DNA of 64,000 nt from Octopus bimaculoides (Eukaryota). The stretch is from NCBI RefSeq assembly GCF_001194135.2, contig NC_068988.1, positions 90,848,287-90,912,286 of the forward strand. The letters run 5' to 3'. Positions 37,732 to 49,153 of the stretch are shown here, piece by piece (the stretch's first letter is position 1; each line of letters opens with the position of its first letter). Under the pieces are notes generated by a model. It was given only the letters and a program-made list of their open reading frames with translations. It did not search any database and had not been told where the DNA came from. Made by a program: the position numbers and the translations under genes.

Positions 37732-37911
37732 TCAACTGAAGTTATGCTGACTATGGAAGATAAATTGTGTGAAGCTTATGTAAGAATGTATACTGTTACA
37801 TAGGCTGTCTGATGCTTATATAAGAATCTATGTGATATTATGTAGGCTATGTGAAGAACTTATGTAAGAAGATCTCTAAGTGTTGGAAAGGACTGATTCA
37901 GATATAAGCTG

Positions 37912-37942
<31 letters not shown>

Positions 37943-38205
37943 TGTTTAACGTCCGCTTTCCATGCTAGCATGGGTTGGACGATTTGACTGAGGACTGGTG
38001 AAACCGGATGGCAACACCAGGCTCCAATCTGATTTGGCAGAGTTTCTACAGCTGGATGCCCTTCCTAACGCCAACCACTCAGAGAGTGTAGTGGGTGCTT
38101 TTACGTGTCACCCGCACGAAGGCCAGTCAGGCGGTACTGGCAACGACCACGCTCAAAATGGTGTATTTTATGTGCCACCTGCACAGGAGCCTGTCCAGGG
38201 GCCTG
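37912..38205 (-). mobile_element. RTE LINE 3' tail
   Basis: (CAT)n + tail near-identical to 60521-60850. Confidence 0.85.
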
Positions 38206-39384
38206 ATATGTAATTTACATGAAAGGTAGAGGATGGATGAATTGATAAAAGGGCCGAATAATTTTGTTACTCTTTACCCCACTGTACCATTGGTCACCCT
38301 AACCTCTTATTCAATATTCACCGCATTCATCCCCCAATCCTATCCAATCTCTATAGTCGTCACTTACTCTTTCCCACCACCCCTTGTTATCATCTACTCA
38401 ACACTCTCATTCATTATATTCACCCCTTTTCCCATTTCCCAACTTTCACTTACTCTCCCCTACATTCTTGCAACTGCTGCTCACCCACATTCCCAGTTCT
38501 ACCCTTATTTACTTCCACTCACCTTTTACTTTGAGGGACCACACAAACACCTCTCACCATTATTTTTATCCCTTTCCTATGCCACCCCGATCACCCCTGC
38601 CCCGACTTTTTTTAAATGCGAGTAACCTTGAAAACCCTCTAGAGCAAGAAACCTGTTCTGCTCTAGCCCCCATCCCCCGTACTTTAATCTCTCATCTTCT
38701 TGCATAAAGCTGCTATTCTCAGGGTGTGTAGTCTTGCAGATTGCATGGCACTTCACTAATGCTGACAGTATAAAAAAAAGTGCCCACTACATATTGTAAA
38801 GTAGTTTGACCTTCAACTGTAGAAACCATGCCAAAGTAGACAGTGAGATATGAGGCAGTTCTTCAGTCTGTTGGATCCTGCCAAATCATCCTATCCATGT
38901 TGGTTTGGAGCATGGACATTAAACGATGATGACTTGTATCTGCATGATGTTACATTGATTGGCAAAATTGTATAGTGTCAGACAAAATGTTTTGCTGTAC
39001 CTAGTTATGACCTGCTCTGCGTTCAAATTCAACCAGGGTCATCTTTACCTTTTAACCTTCTCATTGGTGAATTGAACAAGACAATGCTGGGTCAAGCAGA
39101 CTTTTTAGTCTAGCTGAGAGCATGACAAATTTTCTAGTGCTGGTGCCATGCAAAAAATGCATCCAATACATTCTGTAATAGAGAGTTGGAGTTAGGGAAG
39201 GCATCCAGCTGTAGAATTCATACTGAAACGGAGACAACCGAGCAAGGTATGGACTCTGTTGACACAGTCAGCCCATGCGAGTATGGAAAACTGGATGAAG
39301 ATGATGTTGGTGATTCAGAGTTTTTGGTAAAACAACAGAGGAATTGGAGAAGCTGCTTTTCAGAACTGCTCTATAAGGTGCAGA

Positions 39385-39795
39385 TGTGACTGTCTGTTGG
39401 GTAAGAAGTTTGCTACCCAACTACATGGTTTCAAATACAGCCCCACTGCATTGCATCTTGGCTAAGTGTTTTCTATTATAGCCTTGGATCAATCAAATCC
39501 TTTGCAAGTGGATTTGGTAGATGGAAACTGAATGAAGCCCATCGCGCGTGTGTGTGTTACTGTGCCCTTACCTTTACATCACGTGATAGTTGTAAGCAAG
39601 TGTCACTGTCATGCAAGCAGTGTCCTTTGTTTCCAATCTTCCAAAACATGTCTGATCATGAGGAGATATTATTTTGGGGAAAACGTGAGGGTTGGTGACA
39701 GGAAGAGCATCCATCTGTAGAAAATCTGCTTCAACAAATTTTGTCTGACCTGTGCAAGCATGGAAAAGTGGACATAAACCAGTGATGATGATGAA
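39385..39795 (+). mobile_element. SINE family C2
   Basis: Family-C head + GAGGGTTGGTGACAGGAAGAGCATCC...GCAAGCATGGAAAAGTGGAC...(GAT)n. Confidence 0.7.
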
Positions 39796-39869
39796 TGACC
39801 TCCTGACAAAGTAAAAGCTTATAGCTACATAGTTTACTAGTGGAGTTTTACTTATATTTTAAACATATA

Positions 39870-40229
39870 GGCGTAGGAGTGGCTGTGTGGTAAGCAGCTT
39901 GCTTACCAACCACATGGTCCCAGGTTCAGTCCCACTGCATGGCATCTTGGGCAAGTGTCTTCTCCTATAGCCTCAGGCCAACCAAAGCCTTGTGAGTGGA
40001 TTTGGTAGACGGTAACTGAAAGAAGCCTGTCGTATATATGTATATATATATATGTATGTGTTTGTATGTCTGTGTTTGTCCCCCTAGCATTGTTTGACAA
40101 CCGATGCTGGTGTGTGTTTATGTCCCTGTCACTTAGCGGTTCGGCAAAAAGAGACAGATAGAATAAGTACTAGGCTTCCAAAGAATAAGTCCTGGGGTCG
40201 ATTTGCTTGACTAAAGGCGGTGCTCCAGC
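39870..40229 (+). mobile_element. SINE family C1 (3' end in gap)
   Basis: GGCGTAGGAGTGGCTGTGTGGTAAG...GATAGAATAAGTACTAGG...GGTGCTCCAGC. Confidence 0.9.
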
Positions 40230-40657
40230 NNNNNNNNNNNNNNNNNNNNNNNNNNNNNNNNNNNNNNNNNNNNNNNNNNNNNNNNNNNNNNNNNNNNNNN
40301 NNNNNNNNNNNNNNNNNNNNNNNNNNNNNNNNNNNNNNNNNNNNNNNNNNNNNNNNNNNNNNNNNNNNNNNNNNNNNNNNNNNNNNNNNNNNNNNNNNNN
40401 NNNNNNNNNNNNNNNNNNNNNNNNNNNNNNNNNNNNNNNNNNNNNNNNNNNNNNNNNNNNNNNNNNNNNNNNNNNNNNNNNNNNNNNNNNNNNNNNNNNN
40501 NNNNNNNNNNNNNNNNNNNNNNNNNNNNNNNNNNNNNNNNNNNNNNNNNNNNNNNNNNNNNNNNNNNNNNNNNNNNNNNNNNNNNNNNNNNNNNNNNNNN
40601 NNNNNNNNNNNNNNNNNNNNNNNNNNNNNNNNNNNNNNNNNNNNNNNNNNNNNNNNN

Positions 40658-40999
40658 CCTTTAGTCGAATCAAATCGACCCCAGGAGTTATTCTTTGTAA
40701 GCCTAGTACTTATTCTATCGGTCTCTTTTGCTGAACCGCTAAGTTACGGGGACGTAAACACACCAGCATCGGTTGTCAAGTGATGGTGGGGGGACAAACA
40801 CAGACACACAAACATATATATATATATACATATATATGACGGGCTTCTTTCAGTTTCCGTCTACCAAATCCACTCACAAGGCTTTGGTTGGCCCGAGGCT
40901 ATAGTAGAAGACACTTGCCCAAGGTGCCACGCAGTGGGACTGAACCCGGAACCATGTGGTTGGTAAGCAAGCTACTTACCACACAGCCACTCCTGTGCC
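40658..40999 (-). mobile_element. SINE family C1 (3' end in gap), inverted relative to 39870
   Basis: Reverse complement of C1 with multiple substitutions versus the 39870 copy. Confidence 0.9.
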
Positions 41000-41184
41000 T
41001 ACCACATATTTATATTTTAAATAAAAAAAAATTATACTTCACTATACTGAATTCTTTTTTTTTAATGTCTCATCTCTGTCTTTGTTAAATTTTGCTATTT
41101 TTACTGCTGCCATTAATATTATCGCTGTTGTTGTTAAATGTATATCTAAGACCTGCTTCTTTTGCTGTCTTCCCTCTGTTGCAG

Positions 41185-41307
41185 TATAAAGTCTACCACA
41201 TTCCACGAAGTCGAGAAGTTGGACAGTCATACTTTTCCTCCATTTTCTCCACAATTTATTCTTGCTTCTGTTGCTTCCCCCTGGTTCGCAGGATCCATCC
41301 TGATCTT
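41185..41307 (+). CDS. ALG14: ALG14 exon 3
   Basis: Acceptor TCCCTCTGTTGCAG|; YKVYHIPRSREVGQSYFSSIFSTIYSCFCCFPLVRRIHPDL (hallmark IPRSREVxQS); donor |GTAAGT; 123 nt, phase 0-0. Confidence 0.95.
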
Positions 41308-42492
41308 GTAAGTAATAAGTGTTTCACACATTCCTTCTGCTTATCAATAGATTACATCCCAATCACTTTTTCCTTTCAATGTTTGTAGAGCATCAGGCAT
41401 TATCTCTGCAATATTTCGTTATATCCTTCTATGGGCTGTGTACAAATCTCATTGATGTTAACTTTGTTATTCTTTTAAATATTGCTTCCACATCTGGGAT
41501 GGTGCTGCTGCTATGTACACATATATCCTGGACTACATCAAGAGAAAGTTCACTTGACTAATTGACATTAAATCACTCTCAGACAATCTCCAGCTTCTGG
41601 CCCATTGGTGTGTTGTCTCCTTTCTCTGTCTTTCCTGTCACTAGTCACTGTTTTAATGGCATCTATTTATTGGAGATGGCTGGTATTTTACTGCCTCCAC
41701 TCAGCCATTCCCAATCCACTCCACTCTTGTTACCCCCTTTGTGTCCAACACTCCCAGCCCCTTGCAACAGTTCAAACCAGACATTAATAGCTTCAATCTC
41801 ACCAGTGTAGGAGGGCTTGCAAAGTTCATGGATATTCTAAATATTTGGAAGATAGTTAATATTCTTAATTATTAATTTGATGTTTAAAAGCTAAAATGTT
41901 TGGCATTTTCACATCTCCAGTTAGGGGACAATCTTCGAGAAGTGGGCTACAAGAGACATGGTTCATCATCAGATGGGTTACACTACTCAAAAAAATTCAA
42001 CTAATTTTTTCATTAGACATGTCATTCAAAAAGTCCCACAGGTTCCAGTTTGCCCATGTCTAGTCTAGACCCAGGAAATTAAACAAAAAGTGTAAGTACC
42101 TGTCAAATTGTGGAATCAATTTTATCAACTATTTTCTCCTCTTTGTAATTTGTGATCTTGTGTCTAAATTAGAAATATAGAATTATAACAATCATTTCTT
42201 GAGGTGGTGGATTGACAGAGTTGGCGAGTGTTAGACAAAATACCTTGTGGTATTTATACCACTTGGATTCCTTATTTTGAATCCTACCACGGTCAACTTT
42301 GCATTTCATTCTTCTGTGCTTAATAAAAATAAGAACCAATTTGGAGCTGGGCTCAATTTAATTAACTGTATCTTCACTCAAATTTGATATATTGTTCCTA
42401 TGTAAGCACTCAGTTTTAATTATATCTTTAAGGTGGTGAGCTAATAGAATCGTTAGCATGCTAGGCAAAATGTTTAGTGGCATTTCGTTCAT

Positions 42493-42913
42493 ACTCCCTT
42501 TTTACTCTTTTACTTGTTTCAGTCATTTGACTGTGGCCATGCTGGGGCACCGCCTTTTAGTCGAGCAAATTGACCCCAGGACTTATTCTTTGTAAGCTCA
42601 GTACTTATTCTGTCGGTCTCTTTTTGCCAAACCACTAAGTTACGGGGACGTAAACACACCAGCCTTGGTTGTCAAGCGAAGTTGGGGGGACAAACACAGA
42701 CACACAAACATACACACACATACATATACATATATATATATACATATATACGACGGGCTTCTTTCAGTTTATGTCTACCAAATCCACTCACAAGGCTTTG
42801 GTCGGCCCGAGGCTATAGTAGAAGATACCTGCCCAAGGTGCCACGCAGTGAGACTGAACCCAGAACCATATGGTTGGTAAGAAAGCTACTTACCACACAG
42901 CCACTCCTGTGCC
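42493..42913 (-). mobile_element. SINE family C1, full length, nested inside a + strand family-A SINE (42429-42492 / 42914-43050)
   Basis: Family-A head breaks at CATTTCGTTCAT and resumes CTTCATGTTTTGAGTTCAAATTC after the insert. Confidence 0.85.
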
Positions 42914-43638
42914 TTCATGTTTTGAGTTCAAATTCAGCTGAGGTTGACTTTACCTTTCATCCTTTTGGTATCATCACCGGGGTCAACATAATTGACTTAT
43001 CCCCTCCCCCTGCTATTGCTAGCCTTGTGCCAAAATTCGAAATTAATATTATATCTCTTTATGTTCTTCAAATCTTACTGAGGTTAACTTCACCTGTTGA
43101 GGGTCTCAATAAAAGTCTCAAACATCAAATTGATTCAGTTGATGATTTTCTTCCTCCGGCTGTATATTTGGCCTTGTGTTAATATTAGGAATAATTGCTT
43201 TTAGATGCGGTACAAGGTCAGTAATTTTAAGAGCAGGAGGTTAGTTTTGAACATTGATCCCAGTATTTGACTGGTACTTATTGTATTGACTAAGAAAGGA
43301 TGAAAGGCAAAGTTGACCTCGGTGGGATTTAAACTCAGAACGTAAAGCTTGAATAAAAGGGGATTTCTGATTCAGAAACAGCCAGCAATTTTGAGGGGAG
43401 AGAGTCAATCACATGAACTCCAGTACTCATATCAAAACTCATGTCTACAGCCGAGTGAACTGAAGCAACATGAAATAAAGTGTGTTGTTCAAGAACACAA
43501 CAGCGCCCGGTCCGGGAATCGAACTCACTACCTCACGATTGTGAACCTGACGCTCTAACCACTGAATCATGACATAAAAAATGCACATAGTAGACGTACG
43601 CCAATTTCAGTCGCGCATGTTCAGGAAAATAAAGCTTT

Positions 43639-44272
43639 GGATCTTTGGGGTTTGACGGGCAACATTTGTTTTCTTAACGAAACACTTTCAAACTTGGGAC
43701 ACTGGTAGAATGTGTAATATAAAACAACTTCTTCTCTTAACCTTCTTAACAAAATTTTGTACATCGCAAGTTATTTCATGTTAAAGTTGTCGTATTTCTG
43801 TAATTTCAACCAATCACTGACGTCTATTCAGCTGAATACAGTCAGTGCCTACCGGTGATAAAAATGTTATTCCCTGTGACATATTTCATCCGGTTTAATC
43901 GTAATTTATACGCATATATTGTTTATATAATAAATTACGCTAACCCTAACCCTAACTTTAAAACCCGAACCCTAACCCTATTTTGATGGCTTTTCCCCCT
44001 TTGTTTACGAACAGTCTAGTTAATCGGAAATGTCAGAACTAACGGGGATTAATACCATATACACCGTTACAGCACTTACTGTTTTCAACTGAATAGACGT
44101 CAGTGATTGGTTGAAATTATCGAAATAAGACAATTTTTAACGTGAAATAACTTCGAATACAAAATTTATTATCTGTTCTATACCACAAAATATAGAAGTA
44201 TACGAAGTTTGAAAGTGTTTCGGTACCAAAACACTACATAAAAAAATGTTGCCCGTCAAATCACAAATGTCC
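43639..44272. mobile_element. Merlin-like MITE, copy 3 (sister subfamily)
   Basis: TIR GGATCTTTGGGGTTTGACGGGCAACATTT / AAATGTTGCCCGTCAAATCACAAATGTCC; perfect 8-bp TSD AAAGCTTT (43631-43638/44273-44280); body similar to copies 1 and 2. Confidence 0.85.
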
Positions 44273-45951
44273 AAAGCTTTTAGTACATTAAAGCGTGTAA
44301 TATAGGCTGAACTTCGGATATAAGACCAAGCGGTGATTTTTGAAGACATATTTCTTCGAAAACACATGCGTCGTATATCTCATCAGATACGGTATTTATG
44401 TGTTCGATAATAATCCACAGCTGACATAAGAACCTCTAAATTCATGAGATCCCAAGGAAACTGTTCAGTGTGGCCATGTTTTAAGACGCCGCTGTTTCTG
44501 GGGCGATAAAATAGATAAGAGGTATGCGTTGAATTTAATTCAACGGACTGTATGCCTTTCTTACACATTTCGGGCCTTCAGCATGTGTAAGAAAATATTT
44601 TTCGTATGGACCCGTATTAGTTGTGTCTCTTTAGGTTGTTAGTTTAAATCCTGACCCTATTGGTTTTATTCCTATTCAATTGGAGTCGATAAAATAATTA
44701 TCAGTACCATAATTAGTAAGTAAATGTACAAACTAATTACTGGTGTTATTTAGTTTATTTATCTAAACGGCATCATCAAGAACCGATATTAATTTCACTG
44801 TATGTGTAGCAAGGGAGGTAATTTAAGAATTTTTTGCTCAACTATTATCTCCCTTCTACTGTAGTTTTTACGTGTTCGTAGATTTTTTTTTTTTTTTTGT
44901 AGTCAATTATCTTCTTTTTATCATCAACATTGTTGTCTAAAACCATTATCATCATATGGTCAGTGGGTCAGTACACTGCCACCTTCAGTGTTTGTATTAA
45001 CGGATCTTTTCTGTTTGATTCCCAGCGGTTCCAAAAATTAAAGTTTACCGAAAATTTTAAAATTTGGTACAAATAATACACTTGCCCAAACTGAATTGCT
45101 GGAGTCATTTCATTTTTTTCCCCATAAAAATGTTTTTAAAAAGTTATAGAGGTTTAAAGTTTGATCATTTTCATCCAGTCAGGAAACTAGATTCGGAAGC
45201 TGTCATTTTGTCGTCAACATCCTGAAAATAGCACATGTTGTCAATATTTGTAAACAACACGTGTTATGTTTTCACTAATTTTCTTTCATGCAAATAAATC
45301 TTATTTAGCTGTTACTTTTAGCATACCTCACAACCACCAGTGTTTAATGCAAATGCGATAAACATATTGCAATTTTTAACAGAAGATTTAGAAGAATTAG
45401 ATGAAAGTTCTCCGGTCATTTTCTTTCACGTAAATAAATGTTTAAGTTAATTTAAGAGAGAGAAACATTTAGTTTTAAATCTCTCAGCGAGATGCTGGGA
45501 AATAAACTTTAATTTAAAAGAGTTATCCAAAAAATCTTATTTAGCAATTATTTTTAGCACATCTCACAACCACCTCAATGGCAAAAAGAAACACATTAAA
45601 CAAACAATTTAAATATGTTTAATTACAATTTAAATATGCTAAAAAAACATTTAACTTTCGGGTTTAATTTTAAAAATATCTTCCTCTGTTTTCAATGCTT
45701 CCATAATAGAAGCAAATTTACTGGAGCTTGCAGCTATAGTTACACAGAACACAGCATCAAATTTGTCATCATGTGCTTCCTTGCAGATAAAAGACTTTTC
45801 AAAGACTGTTTGGATTTGCTTGGTTCTGTGGCAACAGGCACGTTGAGAGACAAAAGTGTTCTCATGTTCCACTTCTTGCTATCGAAGCAGCCATGAATGT
45901 GTCTGTGGCTTATGTTTGGCTAAAATTACCAAAATTTTCAAACTTTAATTA

Positions 45952-46363
45952 AGGAGTGGCTGTGTGGTAAGTAGCTTGCTTACCAACCACATGGTTCCGG
46001 GTTCAGTCCCACTGCGTGGCATCTTGGGCAAATGTCTTCTACTATAGCCTCGGGCTGACCAAAGCCTTGTGAGTGGATTTGGTAGACGGAAACGGAAAGA
46101 AGCCCGTCATATATATGTATATATATATATATATATATGTGTGTATGTGTGTTTGTGTGTCTGTGTTTGTCCCCCTAGCATTGCTTGACAACCGATGCTG
46201 GTGTGTGTTTATGTCCCCGTCACTTAGCGGTTCGGCAAAAAGAGACCGATAGAATAAGTACTAGGCCTACAAAGAATAAGTCCCGGGGTCGACTTGCTCA
46301 ACTAAAAAAAAGGTGGTGCTCCAGCATGGCCACAGTCAAATGACTGAAACAAGTAAAAGAGTA
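45952..46363 (+). mobile_element. SINE family C1, essentially full length
   Basis: tRNA head, CTTGGGCAAATGTCTTCT body, internal (TA)n(TG)n, GATAGAATAAGTACTAGG segment, GTAAAAGAGT tail. Confidence 0.9.
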
Positions 46364-46617
46364 ATAACTCTTTATTTGTAGATTTATAGTGAAAATTACT
46401 TTCCGGTCATTAAGTAGCCTATAAAAGTATATCGTTACACTGAATATGAAATCAATTCAAACAGAAAATTGCCACTAGCAACCAAACAGAAAGGATCTGC
46501 ATTGACATATAAATAGGGTAGTTTTGAGTCGATGTTGCAGCCTCAAAATGTGGTTGCTCAACTTGCTAGAAATATCAACATCGCACACTACTGTCTTAAA
46601 AAAAGGACTTGTTGGAT

Positions 46618-47238
46618 CAGTGTTTTTCAACCATTTATAACCTATGAACCCCTTTCACTCGGATGGCTACTCCTAGCTATTCGATGTTCAAAAAAATCAC
46701 ATTATTTTTTTTATAATTAAATATCATTAGGAATTATAGAAAAAAATTGTTAAAATATTTTGTAAATTGCAGAAAGTATAACAAATGTATTGCTGATAAA
46801 TTTTTATAAAATTGTCTTATATGGACCCCATGGGAGGCGCAATGGCCCAGTGGTTAGGGCAGCGGACTCGCGGTCATAGGATCGCAGTTTCGATTCCCAG
46901 ATCGGGCGTTGTGAGTGTTTATTGAGGGAAAACACCTAAAGCTCCACGAGGCTCCAGCAGGGGATGGTGGCGAACCCTGCTGTACTCTTTCACCACGACT
47001 TTCTCTCACTCTTACTTCCTGTTTCTGTTGTACCTGTAATTCAAAGGGTCAGCCTTGTCACACTGTGTCACGCTGAATATCCCCGAGAACTACGTTAAGG
47101 GTACACGTGTCTGTGGAGTGCTCAGCCACTTGCACGTTAATTTCACGAGCAGGCTGTTTCGTTGATCGGATCAACTGGAACCCTCGACGTCGTAAGCGAC
47201 GGAGTGCCAACAATATGGACCCCAGTCGAAAATCACTT
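46618..47238. mobile_element. hAT-like MITE (about 230 bp) interrupted by a family-B SINE
   Basis: CAGTGTTTTTCAACC ... GTCGAAAATCACTT; flanks TGTTGGAT / TATTGAAT (6/8). Confidence 0.6.
46831..47212 (+). mobile_element. SINE family B, full length
   Basis: 12-bp TSD ATATGGACCCCA (46819-46830/47213-47224). Confidence 0.92.
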
Positions 47239-47583
47239 TATTGAATAATGTAGCCCTAGATATTCTATGGTTTAAATGCTCTGGGATGGTTATGGCTGGG
47301 ACATCTTTGATAATAGATCTGCTGGGCAGGCACTGATCTGGAACTTAGCAACAACAACAAAGGGCTTATTGACTCTATAATCCAAGATACACTGAATATA
47401 TGATGAGGTGATCACAGCTGGAACATATTTGATAAAAGATCTGCTTGCTTTTGATATACCATATTTGAAAATAGAGCAAGGTGGTCATGGCTGGAATGTC
47501 TTTGATAGGCCTCTTGTGGATCTGAGCTGACTTGGGGCTAAACAATAACAGTGATTTGAACCAATTTGGAAACTGGGTTGACT

Positions 47584-47917
47584 CCTTCATGAAGTACATT
47601 TGTATGTTATTGTAGTATCTATATATTGTAGTATCTATATATTGTAGTATCTATATATTGTAGTATCTATATATTGTAGTATCCATATATCCTTCATGAA
47701 GTACATTTGTATGTTATTGTAGTATCTATATATTGTAGTATCTATATATTGTAGTATCCATATATTGTAGTATCTATATATTGTAGTATCTATATATTGT
47801 AGTATCTATATATTGTAGTATCTATATATTGTAGTATCTATATATTGTAGTATCTATATATTGTAGTATCTATATATCCTTCATGAAGTACATTTGTATG
47901 TTATTGTAGTATCTATA
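47584..47917. repeat. Two-level minisatellite: 25-bp head + (ATTGTAGTATCTATAT)n
   Basis: Heads CCTTCATGAAGTACATTTGTATGTT at 47584, 47691 and 47878, followed by 5, 10 and about 1 16-mers. Confidence 0.92.
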
Positions 47918-48534
47918 GTAGGTCTTTGTAACATTTGTAATTAGTATCCTCATTATAAACCAGGCTCTGTTGGTTTAACACTCCTTTATTTCTAGACCTA
48001 AACCACTAATATCACAAACTGTAATTACATATATTTGTAAACTAGTTCACAACATTCCTAAAATGCTTAAGACATTTTCAGAACGAATGTTTCACTCCTA
48101 GTTAAACATATTGGGGGTGAATTTTCCTCCTAGATAGTAAGTAACATTGCAAGATGGTATAATACTTATTTACCTATGTAAAGTCAACTGAGGCAATGTA
48201 GAATTCACTTTTTTTTGTTACCATATTTCTCTTGGAGTACATTGTTTTTGTTTTAGTAAATTTTGAAAATAAGAATTTAATAAAATAATTTTGTCATTAT
48301 TACGCTGTTGTTTGGAGCATAGAATAACATGAACTTTTGATGGTTTCAGTTTAGATCATTTTTAAAATCGGAAATTTATGTCATGGAACCAGGAGCAGTC
48401 TGGGATTAGTTGGTGTCAAAAAAGTTAAATGAACTGCTAAAATACACAAAACATTTGAAACCATGCTAAAACAGACAATTGGAGCGTGAACAACTCTCTG
48501 GCTGGCCAGCTCCTGTCAAACTGTCCAACCCATG

Positions 48535-48918
48535 TTGTTGTTGGCACTCCGTCGCTTATGACGTCGAGGGTTCCAGTTGATCCGATCAACGGAACAGCCT
48601 GCTCGTGAAATTAACGTGCAAGTGGCTGAGCACTCCACAGACACGTGTACCCTTAACATAGTTCTCGGAGATGTTCAGCGTGACACAGTGTGACAAGGCA
48701 GGCCCTTTGAATTACAGGCACAACAGAAACAGGAAGTAAAAGTGAGAGAAAGTTGTGGTGAAAGAGTACAGCAGGGTTCGCCACCATCCCCTGCCGGAGC
48801 CTCGTGGAGCTTCAGGTGCTTTCACTCAATAAACACTCACAACACCCGGTCTGGGAATCGAAACCGCGATCCTATGACCGCGAGTCCGCTGCCCTAACCA
48901 CTGGGCCATTGTGCCTCC
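48535..48918 (-). mobile_element. SINE family B, full length, inserted into an older RTE-type tail
   Basis: 15-bp TSD ACTGTCCAACCCATG (48520-48534/48919-48933). Confidence 0.92.
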
Positions 48919-49093
48919 ACTGTCCAACCCATGACAGCATGGAAAACAGACGTAAAATGATAACAACAACAATGATGATGATGATGACTTGCTTTGAATT
49001 AGAACTCAAAAGTCTTTAATATAATAAATAACCAACTGCTATATTCATTTAAGCAATTTTCTACTTAATTGTTTTGTATCACTTCTCTTCCAG

Positions 49094-49153
49094 ATCCTGT
49101 GTAATGGCCCCGGAATCTGTGTACCTATTGTATTTGTTGGACTTATACTCAAG
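49094..49153 (+). CDS. ALG14: ALG14 exon 4
   Basis: Acceptor CTTCTCTTCCAG|; ILCNGPGICVPIVFVGLILK (hallmark CNGPGxCVP); donor AAG|GTGGGT; 60 nt. Confidence 0.95.

Noticed and set aside
39870-40999. Inverted SINE pair around a gap as a mis-assembly of one copy
   Set aside because: The two copies differ at many positions, so they look like distinct insertions
43940-43980. Chromosome end or telomere
   Set aside because: Only a few degenerate TAACCC units, internal to a MITE with TSDs
44345-44390. Minus-strand CTGATGA...GAAATATGTC
   Set aside because: No stem II or stem I complementarity
47584-47917. CRISPR-like appearance of regularly spaced repeats
   Set aside because: There are no unique spacers, the units are tandem, and the context is eukaryotic with no cas genes
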